Source: an uncultured virus (IMG/VR IMGVR_UViG_3300041955_000566) (taxonomy: Duplodnaviria; Heunggongvirae; Uroviricota; Caudoviricetes). From it: a stretch of DNA of 64,000 nt. The DNA is taken from the IMG/VR virus record IMGVR_UViG_3300041955_000566. One strand, written 5' to 3'. This document shows, in pieces, positions 53,178 through 62,435 of this stretch (positions are counted from its first letter, which is position 1; every line of letters begins with the position of its first letter). The position numbers and the translations under genes are program-made. The notes under the pieces were generated by a model. That model had not been told where the DNA came from, did not search any database, and was given only the letters and a program-made list of their open reading frames with translations.

Positions 53178-53588
53178 ATGGGACAGATGGGAATTGGCGC
53201 GATGATCCACATGCTCGGCGGCGGTTCCGAGCATTCGGCTTCGGAGTATTATGGCCGCACGATCTGCGGTGCCGAGATCGTGGACAATCGCCTGCGGCTC
53301 ACCCTGGATGGCGGCCAAAAGATCGAGATTTGGGACAACGGACAGTCATGCTGCGAGAGCCGCTACATGACGTGCGACGACGATCTTAACTCTCTGTGCG
53401 GGCATAAGATCGTTCGCATCGAGGCGAAGGATGGGCCGAACCAGTCGGCCGACGATGACGAGCACGAAACCTGCTTCGTCGAGGTCGGCACCGACAAGGG
53501 TTTTGTCACCCTCACGAACCACAACGAGCACAACGGTTATTACGGAGGCTTTAGCCTCACGATTACCGAAGTCGCCAATCCACAATAG
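53178..53588 (+). CDS. Cassette ORF B, hypothetical
   Basis: 136 aa; QSCCE, HNEHNGYYGG. Confidence 0.75.
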   Translation: MGQMGIGAMIHMLGGGSEHSASEYYGRTICGAEIVDNRLRLTLDGGQKIEIWDNGQSCCESRYMTCDDDLNSLCGHKIVRIEAKDGPNQSADDDEHETCFVEVGTDKGFVTLTNHNEHNGYYGGFSLTITEVANPQ

Positions 53589-53595
53589 AGGCCAC

Positions 53596-53835
53596 ATGGC
53601 TGAGATCGTGAGCATAAATCGAGAGACAGTGCCGGAATTTATCCGGCGCAATGGTCCTACGCTCACGCATGAGGTAGCTGCAAGATTTTGCATCGACCAA
53701 AAAACCGCGCTCGCTACTTTGAAGGGCCTTCAAGAAATGGGTCACTTAGCTTCGCGGCGCGTCCGGTATTGCGGCGGAGATCAAGCTGGATCGGGAGCCG
53801 GATACGAGTGGATCGCAATTCCGACAGGCTTTTAA
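53596..53835 (+). CDS. Cassette ORF C, winged-helix-like
   Basis: 79 aa; GPTLTHEVAARF.I....A...L..L...G.L. Confidence 0.6.
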   Translation: MAEIVSINRETVPEFIRRNGPTLTHEVAARFCIDQKTALATLKGLQEMGHLASRRVRYCGGDQAGSGAGYEWIAIPTGF

Positions 53836-53849
53836 CAGAAAGGCCGCTG

Positions 53850-54056
53850 ATGACCAATGCCACAGCAGAGCGATTAAATGCGGCGGTCTATAAACATCGC
53901 CTGATGTGGACTGATCTATCGGCCCGCGTTATGTCAAACGAAGGATGCCCGAAAGAGTTGGCCGATGAAATGGTAGCGCGGCTTATCGAAAAGAAATCAT
54001 GTCCATTTCCGGTCGCCATCGCGCTGATTGATCTGATCGTCGAACTCAAACAATAG
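53850..54056 (+). CDS. Cassette ORF D, hypothetical
   Basis: 68 aa between two junction motifs. Confidence 0.6.
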   Translation: MTNATAERLNAAVYKHRLMWTDLSARVMSNEGCPKELADEMVARLIEKKSCPFPVAIALIDLIVELKQ

Positions 54057-54065
54057 AGGCCGCCG

Positions 54066-54299
54066 ATGCTGAAATACCCCGTAGCCGAAGGTGACAGGCT
54101 TATTTCCATTTCCTATCCCGGCGAGGATTTGGGCAAGACCACATACAAAGTGGGCACCCACGTTTACGGTATTAGCGTTGTCCGGCTTCCTGGCCCAATG
54201 GGAGAATACCTTGCGGCCAACGTAGTGTTTGAAGATGACCGTCCAGACATTATTGCGCCGCTCCACATGCTCCGCAATTTTGAAGTCCTTAACCCATAA
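54066..54299 (+). CDS. Cassette ORF E, hypothetical
   Basis: 77 aa between two junction motifs. Confidence 0.6.
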   Translation: MLKYPVAEGDRLISISYPGEDLGKTTYKVGTHVYGISVVRLPGPMGEYLAANVVFEDDRPDIIAPLHMLRNFEVLNP

Positions 54300-54315
54300 A
54301 CGAAAAGGGCCAACC

Positions 54316-54492
54316 ATGAGCGACGGATTGCAGATGAAGTATTTTGTCCTCAAACCGAAGGGCAATGATCCCTATCATGCAGCCTCGCGAGCGGCGATGG
54401 TTGCCTATGCCGAAGCAATCCGCTCCACCAATCTTGAGCTTTGCGATGACCTACTAAAGTGGGTTATCCGCGAAACGCCTAGTCAACAATAA
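54316..54492 (+). CDS. Cassette ORF F, hypothetical
   Basis: 58 aa; KYFVLKP..D....A...YA. Confidence 0.65.
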   Translation: MSDGLQMKYFVLKPKGNDPYHAASRAAMVAYAEAIRSTNLELCDDLLKWVIRETPSQQ

Positions 54493-54500
54493 GGCCACTG

Positions 54501-54689
54501 ATGACCGACCTTACGGATAGCGACATTGTTAACGTCATCAAGGCCGAAAGAGCGGCTGAGAGAGCCGCCGAGCGCGAGCGGTGCGCTAAGATTGCGGACG
54601 CCGCCGCGAAGGGCGCGCTTACCGTGAAGGGCGTCAATCTTCATCACGGAACGGCAGCGGCGATAGCCGAGCGCATCCGTCAACAATAG
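54501..54689 (+). CDS. Cassette ORF G, hypothetical
   Basis: 62 aa; ERERCAKIAD. Confidence 0.65.
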   Translation: MTDLTDSDIVNVIKAERAAERAAERERCAKIADAAAKGALTVKGVNLHHGTAAAIAERIRQQ

Positions 54690-54698
54690 AGGCCGCCA

Positions 54699-54902
54699 GT
54701 GGCACTAACAAGCAGATTGCAGACAATGCCGCGCTGGCAACGCGCCACGATAGATTTTCTTGGCTTATTTGCTGTCAGCGTGATTGCTATTTATTTTGGC
54801 GATGTGTTCCCTGGTCATAAGCTAATTGTCGGCGGTGTCTGCGGTTATATATGGGGTGCTACAATGTGGTGGCGGTGGGCTTGGATCAACGCAAACAACT
54901 GA
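54699..54902 (+). CDS. Cassette ORF H, two-TM membrane protein
   Basis: 67 aa with two hydrophobic segments. Confidence 0.6.
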   Translation: MALTSRLQTMPRWQRATIDFLGLFAVSVIAIYFGDVFPGHKLIVGGVCGYIWGATMWWRWAWINANN

Positions 54903-54945
54903 AGCCGCCGTTTGCAACAGGGTTTATATAGGTACAAATCCTCGC

Positions 54946-55012
54946 AAGAGGTGAGCGCTGGTGCGCCAGGCAAAGCGGATATAGCAGGCTGGAATACCTG
55001 CCGCTCTCTCCC
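54946..55012 (+). ncRNA. Candidate tRNA-like small RNA cassette
   Basis: GAGCG/CGCTC closing stem; GCAGG-CTGGAATA-CCTGC T-arm-like hairpin; promoter-like TTGCAA...TACAAA upstream. Confidence 0.4.
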
Positions 55013-55032
55013 CAACGATAGAGGCCGCCACG

Positions 55033-55392
55033 ATGGCAAGCCTGATAAAAACATTCAGCGGTACCGGCGACTTTGACGCCATGAGAGACGCAGAGGACTT
55101 TTTGAAGCTCGCTGGCTTTTCTGTCGCCAGCAATCAGCGCGGTGCGCCTCGCGGCATCATGTTCGGAGACTACGCGATCTCAAAATGGCGCAACTTACGC
55201 GAGATCGAACGCCAGAGCCTTCATGGTCAGATGACTGGCGACATGCGATCTGGACCTGTGCGCGTCGAGATTTTCGAGAACGCGCCGCAGGAAGGGAAGT
55301 TGGAATTTCACAAGACCGCGATAGCACTTCAACTCGCACAAACAATAAGGGCCGCCATTATGACAATCAACAAATATGACCGCCATGACTGA
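55033..55392 (+). CDS. Cassette ORF J, hypothetical
   Basis: 119 aa; reads through the last junction motif. Confidence 0.7.
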   Translation: MASLIKTFSGTGDFDAMRDAEDFLKLAGFSVASNQRGAPRGIMFGDYAISKWRNLREIERQSLHGQMTGDMRSGPVRVEIFENAPQEGKLEFHKTAIALQLAQTIRAAIMTINKYDRHD

Positions 55393-55738
55393 TCTTTTTG
55401 AATATGGCGAGGCTATCCGTCGGCGTAATGAGGGCATGACGCTGGCAGCTTCTCACTCTCCGTCTTTCGGAGAAGCGGCTTATATTGCACTCATTGCTCT
55501 GGCGCAGCGGAAAGAGTTTATTCATATCGATGATTTTTTGCGCGCTTTTCCAGAACGTCCCAATAGTCCTAATGCGATGGGTTCAGTCTGGCAGCGTGCA
55601 ATAAAAAACAAAATCATCAAACATTCAGGGCGAGTAGCGCCTTGCAGGACAGAAGCAAAGAAACATGCCCATCAATATCCGATCTATTGTTCTCTAATTT
55701 TTAAACCGATTACGGAGACTTCAACATGGTACAAATAG
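55385..55738 (+). CDS. Hypothetical protein
   Basis: 117 aa; P..PNAMGSVW. Confidence 0.65.
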   Translation: MTDLFEYGEAIRRRNEGMTLAASHSPSFGEAAYIALIALAQRKEFIHIDDFLRAFPERPNSPNAMGSVWQRAIKNKIIKHSGRVAPCRTEAKKHAHQYPIYCSLIFKPITETSTWYK

Positions 55739-56033
55739 TCTATCCTTCCGAAAACATTAGTTCACTACATTCAATAACTCGCTATGAAATAACTCGGCAT
55801 GAATGCAAGACCTGTCGTGGCTGGTTCATCAGCCAACGCACGGACTTTGGCGATGTTCCTTATTGAGTCCGATGTAGAGCTGGCTGTGAAGGCATCATGG
55901 TGCCAACTTCTGTTTCGCAGTCTGCCATTCCGATGTTTGAATGGTATTGTCCAGACAGATCCGAACGTGATGCGCTTCCGAAATTCACGCGCTGGGCTGT
56001 CGATGATGGCTTGCTTCTTCTGCGTCCGCTAAC

Positions 56034-56234
56034 TTAGCTTCCGCGCTTTCCTGGAAATGGTGATGGCAGACCACGACGTTTGCCACGTTTGGCTGCCGGA
56101 GGCAGCCTGACGCCGTCAAATCGTCTCTGGCGCTCGGCATGCAGGACCGGCAGGAAAATTACCTTGGCGGTCTCCGGATTGAGAACTAGAGGCATCCTGC
56201 AGCGATGTGGAAGCCTGACTATATTGTCGGTCAT
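56034..56234 (-). CDS. Hypothetical small protein
   Basis: ATGA coupling; MTDNIVRLP. Confidence 0.5.
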   Translation of the reverse strand: MTDNIVRLPHRCRMPLVLNPETAKVIFLPVLHAERQRRFDGVRLPPAAKRGKRRGLPSPFPGKRGS

Positions 56235-56974
56235 ATCAGTCTCGCCGGTTCCGGTGATATCCACTTCTTGGCGTCGGCCTGGATCTGTTCGTAAACTACG
56301 GGATGCTGCGCCTTGAAGTTTGGAAATCGTGGTCCGCGAGTATATCGCCCATCGGTTACGACAAGCCAGCCCTGTCCTGGAGCGATCCAGCGGCGGTGAT
56401 CGATACCGTGATGCTTGAAGTCCTGGCGGGTGACATGACCTCGGCGTTCAAGAGTCACCGCAATTTTTATCGCTTTGATTTTCCAGTCGGTGAGCTGCAG
56501 TGGAGCTGATGCTCCGGCGGCGACATCGGGAACATATTCTGGCAGATCATGGCGTTTGTCATGGGCCAACTCAAACCACTCCTGACGCCATCCCGCTTTC
56601 ATCGTCGGAAGATTGGGATCGAAGACGTTATGCCTGTAGATATATTTTTCGTCGGATCCAGGTGCTGTCACTCGGATGATGGTCAATCCGGCATAAGCGC
56701 AGATTTTATCAAAGCCTCTGGCATCGCCCCAAGGAACCAAAACAGCCCGGCAGTCCGGTCCTGTGGTGTGAACCCACTCGCTCTCGATGGCCTGGTTGAT
56801 GACGTCCGTACTCAGTTTTAGCTTGGCCTGAATTCCGATTTGAAATCCGTCATCCTTGCGAACCAGAAGGATATCCCAGCCAGCCGTCTCGTTATACGCG
56901 GTCCAATCATTGCCGATCGCCGCAATGAAACGGGCGCAGAGTTCGATCTCAGTTTTGAATGCTTTTGATTTCAT
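56231..56974 (-). CDS. Hypothetical protein, possible PD-(D/E)xK fold
   Basis: E..GWDILL...QIGIQAK; 247 aa. Confidence 0.7.
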   Translation of the reverse strand: MKSKAFKTEIELCARFIAAIGNDWTAYNETAGWDILLVRKDDGFQIGIQAKLKLSTDVINQAIESEWVHTTGPDCRAVLVPWGDARGFDKICAYAGLTIIRVTAPGSDEKYIYRHNVFDPNLPTMKAGWRQEWFELAHDKRHDLPEYVPDVAAGASAPLQLTDWKIKAIKIAVTLERRGHVTRQDFKHHGIDHRRWIAPGQGWLVVTDGRYTRGPRFPNFKAQHPVVYEQIQADAKKWISPEPARLI

Positions 56975-57261
56975 GAATCACGCAGAAATTTGGCCGTCAT
57001 CGGATCATACAACGGAAATACCGCTGTAACCAGTTCATGCGCAGAAATGCCGACAGCCTTGGACCATGCCGCGTAGAGATCGGGAGGCAGCCGGCAGGCA
57101 CCGCCTTCAACCTGCGAGACGAAGGTATAATGCTTGAACTTGAGCTTGGCCGCGAGATCGCGCTGGGAGAGCCCAGCATTGTGACGATACTTCGCCAGAA
57201 TATGGCCGGCTTGGCGCCGCAGTTTAACATTGCCTTTTGTTTTGCGCGTCGAGAAATACAT
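56971..57261 (-). CDS. XRE-family HTH regulator
   Basis: R..AGLSQRDLA.KL...YTFVSQVE.G. Confidence 0.85.
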   Translation of the reverse strand: MYFSTRKTKGNVKLRRQAGHILAKYRHNAGLSQRDLAAKLKFKHYTFVSQVEGGACRLPPDLYAAWSKAVGISAHELVTAVFPLYDPMTAKFLRDS

Positions 57262-57899
57262 TATCCTATCCTTATAAAAAACCGAGCGATGTCAGATGAA
57301 ACATTAAGATCGTCTCGCTTGAACTTATACTTTCCGATGATTTCCAATGCCAACTTGCGCATTTCTTCGGCCATCTTCGCATTCGAGATCGCGACTTCGA
57401 TGTTATCGATCTGACGTTCTAGTGAACGTTCGATAGGACGCTCCTTATCCTGACTACTGAATCGTTCGGTCATGTCTCGCAGAAAAGCGATAGTTTTATT
57501 ATGATGCTTGATTTCAGCCGCTAACTTATGAAGCTCCTCATCTATCATCGCGCGGAATTCAGCAAACAGATCGCGCCGTCTCGGATCCTTTTCATAAGCA
57601 AATCCTGAGTTGATGTAATCCATCAGGATTGGGCCAATGAATCTTTCGATGACCTGTAAGGCAGCTACGCGACGGTTGTCTGGCTTATCATCCTCGATTG
57701 TTCCGGTTCGATCGAACTTCTCCCGGCGCACCGGATCCAGCAAACACATCTCGGCCCGACGACTTCGCTGGAATGCATCGACATTGCCGCCAGCATCTGG
57801 ATGTGTCCGCTTCGCTGCACGACGGCCAGCCTTCTTGATCTCGGCTGCGGTGGCATCCCTGGATATACCTAATTCTTCATAGGGATCGATGCGTTTCAT
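57261..57899 (-). CDS. J-domain (DnaJ-like) protein
   Basis: DPYEELGI...EIKKA...HPDAGG...L.DP.RR..FD.TG. Confidence 0.85.
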   Translation of the reverse strand: MKRIDPYEELGISRDATAAEIKKAGRRAAKRTHPDAGGNVDAFQRSRRAEMCLLDPVRREKFDRTGTIEDDKPDNRRVAALQVIERFIGPILMDYINSGFAYEKDPRRRDLFAEFRAMIDEELHKLAAEIKHHNKTIAFLRDMTERFSSQDKERPIERSLERQIDNIEVAISNAKMAEEMRKLALEIIGKYKFKRDDLNVSSDIARFFIRIG

Positions 57900-57903
57900 G
57901 GTT

Positions 57904-58119
57904 TCAATAGATCTTCACGATTTTGAGCTGCTGAATGATATTCTTGCCGAGGCCACCGACACCAAATATGAAGTTGAGTTCAAAACCGGCATCCTTCGCT
58001 TCATCAAGAACTTGTAGAATTGGTCCTGCCGCAGCAATGGCCTTCTTTCTAAGCTCCTCGGCGATCTCAGCATCGGGCTTTGTCGGAACCAGTCGTGTAA
58101 CTTGCTCATTCATCATCAA
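57904..58119 (-). CDS. Hypothetical small protein
   Basis: 71 aa; coupled to the upstream ORF. Confidence 0.6.
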   Translation of the reverse strand: MMMNEQVTRLVPTKPDAEIAEELRKKAIAAAGPILQVLDEAKDAGFELNFIFGVGGLGKNIIQQLKIVKIY

Positions 58120-58481
58120 TTCCTTTTTTCTGTTAGCGGCGGCTGTTCGAGCTGCGGTGCAACACGCCGATGTTCGGGACCACCCAATTTGATACGGACC
58201 AACTTAGCTCTGGCGAAGTCAGGCTCCCTATAAGGTAGCCCAAGACGCTTGGCCTGCCCTTTGGCGGATGCCTGCGCGAAGGCGACGAAATTCGGCATCG
58301 CAATTTGGATCGCAGCATTCATTCGCATAGCACAACGTCGGCAAAGCTTGAGTCCGAGCACAATGCCGATGTCGTATCGTGGATTGAAAGGTTGATCCAC
58401 GGCGATCGGCATTATGATCTTGGGTACGACCTCAGCCTTTCGGCTGCAATTTCTGCTGTCGCAAATAGTCAATGAATTCAT
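58116..58481 (-). CDS. Hypothetical protein
   Basis: ATGA coupling; C..C pairs. Confidence 0.55.
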   Translation of the reverse strand: MNSLTICDSRNCSRKAEVVPKIIMPIAVDQPFNPRYDIGIVLGLKLCRRCAMRMNAAIQIAMPNFVAFAQASAKGQAKRLGLPYREPDFARAKLVRIKLGGPEHRRVAPQLEQPPLTEKRN

Positions 58482-58825
58482 TCCTTGCTCCTGATGATGT
58501 TCTCTTGGAGCCCGAGCAATGTAGCCCATACCTGTTGGTAAACTCGCGCCCGTTCCCATCCTTGATGGTGGTGAACTTCCTCCTTAAAATTCGGGTAGTC
58601 GATGTCCATCGCTATTTTGGCAACGGCGTGGGAGAAGTCCTTGCGACTGGCAAAGGCTCTGAACCGATAATCCGATACGTTCAATTCGAGAATGCGGCTC
58701 AATGTCGGAAGATAGTTCTGGCGTAATGCAATGAGATCGTTGCGAACTCTGGCGCGGATTGTTAACCGCTTCTCCCTTGGTTTTTGGACAATACTGTAGA
58801 ATCCCGTTTTTGCCATCAGCCACAT
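58478..58825 (-). CDS. Hypothetical phage protein
   Basis: MW....GFYSIV...RAR...DY.FR...IDY.NFK; GGAG RBS. Confidence 0.7.
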   Translation of the reverse strand: MWLMAKTGFYSIVQKPREKRLTIRARVRNDLIALRQNYLPTLSRILELNVSDYRFRAFASRKDFSHAVAKIAMDIDYPNFKEEVHHHQGWERARVYQQVWATLLGLQENIIRSKE

Positions 58826-58914
58826 TCGGTTCTCTCCCCTGTTCTGAGTATAGTGGACTTGAGGCAAGTTTGCGAGTAGATTCTTTTTCCCTGTGTAAAT
58901 GTAAGGAGAGAACC

Positions 58915-59373
58915 ATGTTGGATTCGCCCCGCGAAACTGTCCAACGGATGTCGAAGCAGCAGAGAGATTCCCTTATCGATCATGCTAATGGCCCGCAGCC
59001 AATTGTGATAGGACCAGATTCCGCAACGAGATCATCACTCATCGCCCGTGGTCTACTCAGATATGAAACACATAATCGCTGGAAGTCACCGACGCACCGC
59101 ACCGTTCTTACTGAGTTCGGCCGCGAAGTTCTTTGCATGGTGCTCGGCGATTATGCCGATGCTTTGGTCCGGACCAATTGTCTTGCTGAGATGCCGGAAA
59201 TAGCATTGATGCGTCCGCGACCAGAACGCACGGCGATATGCGGAACGGAAACTGAGCAGGCACTCCTCGAAGCTTGGCGTGGCGAGAGAGCCATTAGCAA
59301 AATATTAACTCGCACCGCTTATGGTCCATTTCATGCTGGACCAAATACTCAAAAAGCCGCTCCAAAAATCTGA
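58915..59373 (+). CDS. Hypothetical protein (winged-helix-like)
   Basis: AAGGAG RBS; T.SSLIARGL...LTEFGR. Confidence 0.65.
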   Translation: MLDSPRETVQRMSKQQRDSLIDHANGPQPIVIGPDSATRSSLIARGLLRYETHNRWKSPTHRTVLTEFGREVLCMVLGDYADALVRTNCLAEMPEIALMRPRPERTAICGTETEQALLEAWRGERAISKILTRTAYGPFHAGPNTQKAAPKI

Positions 59374-59613
59374 CCGTATACTTCCCTGCGGCTGTCGGCT
59401 CTGCGGTTGCGTCTGCCCCGATCACGCCGTTTTGCGCGGCACCGATTTGTGCGAATTCCACCGGGTAGAATTGGCCCAATCCACAGAATTTCATATTTTT
59501 AGCTCATATCCTATTGATATAACTCATTATTTTATGAGCATAATTCGCTGGACATTTCCATAATAATGAGCAAATGATGCATTATGTTTACTATACAAAA
59601 CCGGAGAGAACCA

Positions 59614-59961
59614 ATGGCCATTATTCCTAGATTTGAATCCGCCGCCGAGAACTGTGTCGCTTTCGCTGAAGAGCCGCAGGATTGTTCTATCTCATCCGGC
59701 AATAAAATCTTTACCGCAGCGATCCTGGCCGAACCGGCGGATGCCTGTCGGCTTCTGCAGCAGTCGCTCGGTATCGAGCACTGCGATGCCATGCAGATCG
59801 ATGTCCCCAGTCGACGCGAATGGATGCGGGCTGGTGTCGGGCGTCGCCTGCAGATGCTGGCGGATTGGCTGCATACCGCTGCGTTCGTTCTTGTCGACCG
59901 CACCGAGACTCCGGTCGAAGGGCATTACCCGATGGACTTCTCGCTTCGGACCAACGATTGA
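59614..59961 (+). CDS. Hypothetical protein
   Basis: GGAG RBS; 115 aa. Confidence 0.5.
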   Translation: MAIIPRFESAAENCVAFAEEPQDCSISSGNKIFTAAILAEPADACRLLQQSLGIEHCDAMQIDVPSRREWMRAGVGRRLQMLADWLHTAAFVLVDRTETPVEGHYPMDFSLRTND

Positions 59962-60061
59962 CCATACCGGCCTGCCGGCCACAGCAATGTGGTGCAGCAG
60001 CCCGGTGCGGTTCTCGCACTAACAGGCCGGCTAGTACCCGGTCCAAATAGGAGTAACTTTC

Positions 60062-61177
60062 ATGACTACATTAATGCAGGCCAGCCATCAATGGGCTACC
60101 CGTCCGGATGACGAACGCTTCACTTCGCTTGACGACATGGTGGCGCATTTCAATCGCATCAAAAACGAATCCTGCGAGGTCATCGTGCCATCGCGGCGCA
60201 TCCATGTTCTGCCACAACCTGACCACAAGGGCCTCGAAATCGTCGGTCCCAATGGTCATCCCTATGTCCCCACTCACTGGTCGTTTGGTCAGATCGCTTC
60301 GCTGGCGGAAGCGCCAGCTGGTTATCTGCGTACCATGCCGGCCGAAATCGCGGCCGACTGCATTAATTACGGTCTGCAGTTCAAGCGGAGCATTGAGGAC
60401 GTCGGTGTTCTTCTTCATAAAACCGCCGATAATGTTCCGGCTGAATTGCCGGGCAGCGTCAATACTATGCGTGCGGCGACTGGACCGAATTATGGCCGGG
60501 TGTGGAATCAAGAGATTGTTTCGACACTGCAGCATCGCTTCGGTGATGGTGTCACCGGCGATTAGCGAGTTCCTGGTGAGTTCGGCAAAGCAGTGAAGGT
60601 CACCAAAGCCAACACAACCTTGTTCGCATCGGACCGGGATATGTTTGTCTTCCTGGCCGATGAAGTGAATCGTATCGAGTTGCCCGGTCGTCGCGCCGGC
60701 ATGATGGGCACCTTTGCCCGTGGTTTCTTCACTTGGAACAGCGAGGTCGGCAGCAAGACGCTCGGTATCGCCAGCTTTCTGTTTGATTATACCTGCTGCA
60801 ACCGTATCGTGTGGGATGTCCAAGGGTTCAAGGAAATCACTATCCGCCACACCGCATCGGCTCCCGACAAATGGCTCGATGAGGTCACACCAGTTCTGAA
60901 AGCTTACTCACAGGGCAACAGTGCTCCCGTGATCGATGCCATCAAAGCGGCGCAAGCCAAGCGCATCGATGATGTCGAGAAGTTTCTCGGCGAGCGCTTC
61001 AGCAAACGGATGGCACAACCCATGATGGCGCTGCATCAAGTCGAAGAGCAACGCCAGATAGAGACATTGTGGGATGCTGCCACGGCGGCGACCGCTTACG
61101 CCCGGTCGATTGAGCATCAAGATGCCCGCGTCGATCTCGAACGCAAGGCTGGGGCAGTTCTCGCGCTCGCTGCCTAA
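60062..61177 (+). pseudogene. DUF932-like protein interrupted by an in-frame TAG at 60563-60565
   Basis: The 167-aa and 194-aa ORFs share a frame; GVTGD*RVPGEF; WATRPDDERF, ASDRDMFVF, RGFF.WNSEVG, C.N. Confidence 0.75.
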
Positions 61178-61188
61178 TCATTACATCG

Positions 61189-61220
61189 CGCGGTACCCCG
61201 GATAGGGTACCGCGCCTTTA
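61189..61220 (+). terminator. Rho-independent terminator-like hairpin
   Basis: GCGCGGTACCC-loop-GGGTACCGCGC followed by CTTTA. Confidence 0.6.
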
Positions 61221-61247
61221 TCTAGGTTCAAATAGGAGAGAACCAAA

Positions 61248-62435
61248 ATGGCTAAGAACGAAATCAAAACCGAACCAAAAGGCATCCATTTAACCAATGG
61301 AGCCCTAGACGAAATCGCTACATCGCGTGGTCAACAGATCGTGCTGCGCGGTGTCATCGATCCGGCTTCGCTATCACTACTGAAGGTCGATGAGTACCAG
61401 CGTGAACCGCTGCCGCTGTCGGCTCTGGCAAAGCTTTGGCAGGCACTGCGTGATGGTGAAAGCCTTCCCGATATCGAACTTGCCATGCGGTCGACCAACT
61501 TCGAATCCGTGAAAGGGACCGATGAATTCTGGCTGCCAGCGGATAAGGTCTACATTATCGACGGTCAGCAACGCCGCAATGCCGCAATGCATATTCTGTC
61601 CATCATGCCAAACCTCCCGGTTCGGCTCGGTGCAATGATTCATTTCGGTACTACACGGGAATGGGAACGGGATCGATTCAAAATTCTAAATCTTGAACGG
61701 TCTCGGGTTTCACCAAACGTGTTGCTACGGAATATGCGGCATCAAAGTGCTGCAGTCCTGACACTTTATGGTATCTGCCATAATGAACCGAAGTTCGCGC
61801 TGTTCGAGCGGGTCTGCTGGAAGCAGAGCCGGTCGCAAGATGAACTCATCACTGCCCGCACATTGGCAACTATTGCTGGTGTCCTGCATCTACACCGTTC
61901 GCCGGGGTATCGACATTCCCTCAATGATCTCGTCCCGGCACTTGATCGCCAAGCAAAGTTCGTGAAGCTGCAGCAATGGCGCCAGAATATCATCTACTTT
62001 TTTGATCTCATCGATGAGTGCTGGGGCATCCGGCAGATCAGCATGCGCGAACTCAGTCTACAAATCCGGACTGCATTCCTGATCCAAGTCGCCTTGGTTC
62101 TTTCGGATCACTGTAATTTCTGGCGCGGTGATCATGAAACCGAACTTTATGTCGAGCAGGAATGGCGGAAGCGTTTTCGGACGTTTCCGCTTCATGATCC
62201 CGCTGTTGTGCAAATCATTAGCTCTGCCGGTGCCGGTTACGGTTCCATCGGTGGCAGCGGCATGCAGTCGATGTTGTATTCTCTACTGCGTGACCATCTC
62301 AATAAGGGCCTGTCGACCAATCGTCTCCATAACCGCAAAGATGAACAGGCCGCAAAGGCCAATCCATCGTTCGCTGATCCGGTTCCCGGCATGAACGACG
62401 TCGACGACGAGGAGTTTGAAACCCCGGAGCACTGA
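61248..62435 (+). CDS. DGQHR/ParB-like (DndB-like) domain protein
   Basis: VDEYQRE...YIIDGQQR...F..LN; 395 aa. Confidence 0.75.
   Translation: MAKNEIKTEPKGIHLTNGALDEIATSRGQQIVLRGVIDPASLSLLKVDEYQREPLPLSALAKLWQALRDGESLPDIELAMRSTNFESVKGTDEFWLPADKVYIIDGQQRRNAAMHILSIMPNLPVRLGAMIHFGTTREWERDRFKILNLERSRVSPNVLLRNMRHQSAAVLTLYGICHNEPKFALFERVCWKQSRSQDELITARTLATIAGVLHLHRSPGYRHSLNDLVPALDRQAKFVKLQQWRQNIIYFFDLIDECWGIRQISMRELSLQIRTAFLIQVALVLSDHCNFWRGDHETELYVEQEWRKRFRTFPLHDPAVVQIISSAGAGYGSIGGSGMQSMLYSLLRDHLNKGLSTNRLHNRKDEQAAKANPSFADPVPGMNDVDDEEFETPEH

Larger units (their letters stand above)
53158..55356 (+). repeat. Right cassette-like array with 10 copies of the junction motif CAAACAATAGAGGCCGCC
   Basis: Copies near 53158, 53581, 53833, 54047, 54297, 54484, 54681, 54892, 55013, 55339. 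Confidence 0.85.

Noticed and set aside
53158..55356. CRISPR array or classical integron attC array
   Set aside because: The spacers are 110-420-bp genes, the repeats are short, degenerate and non-palindromic, and no cas gene or tyrosine integrase is present.
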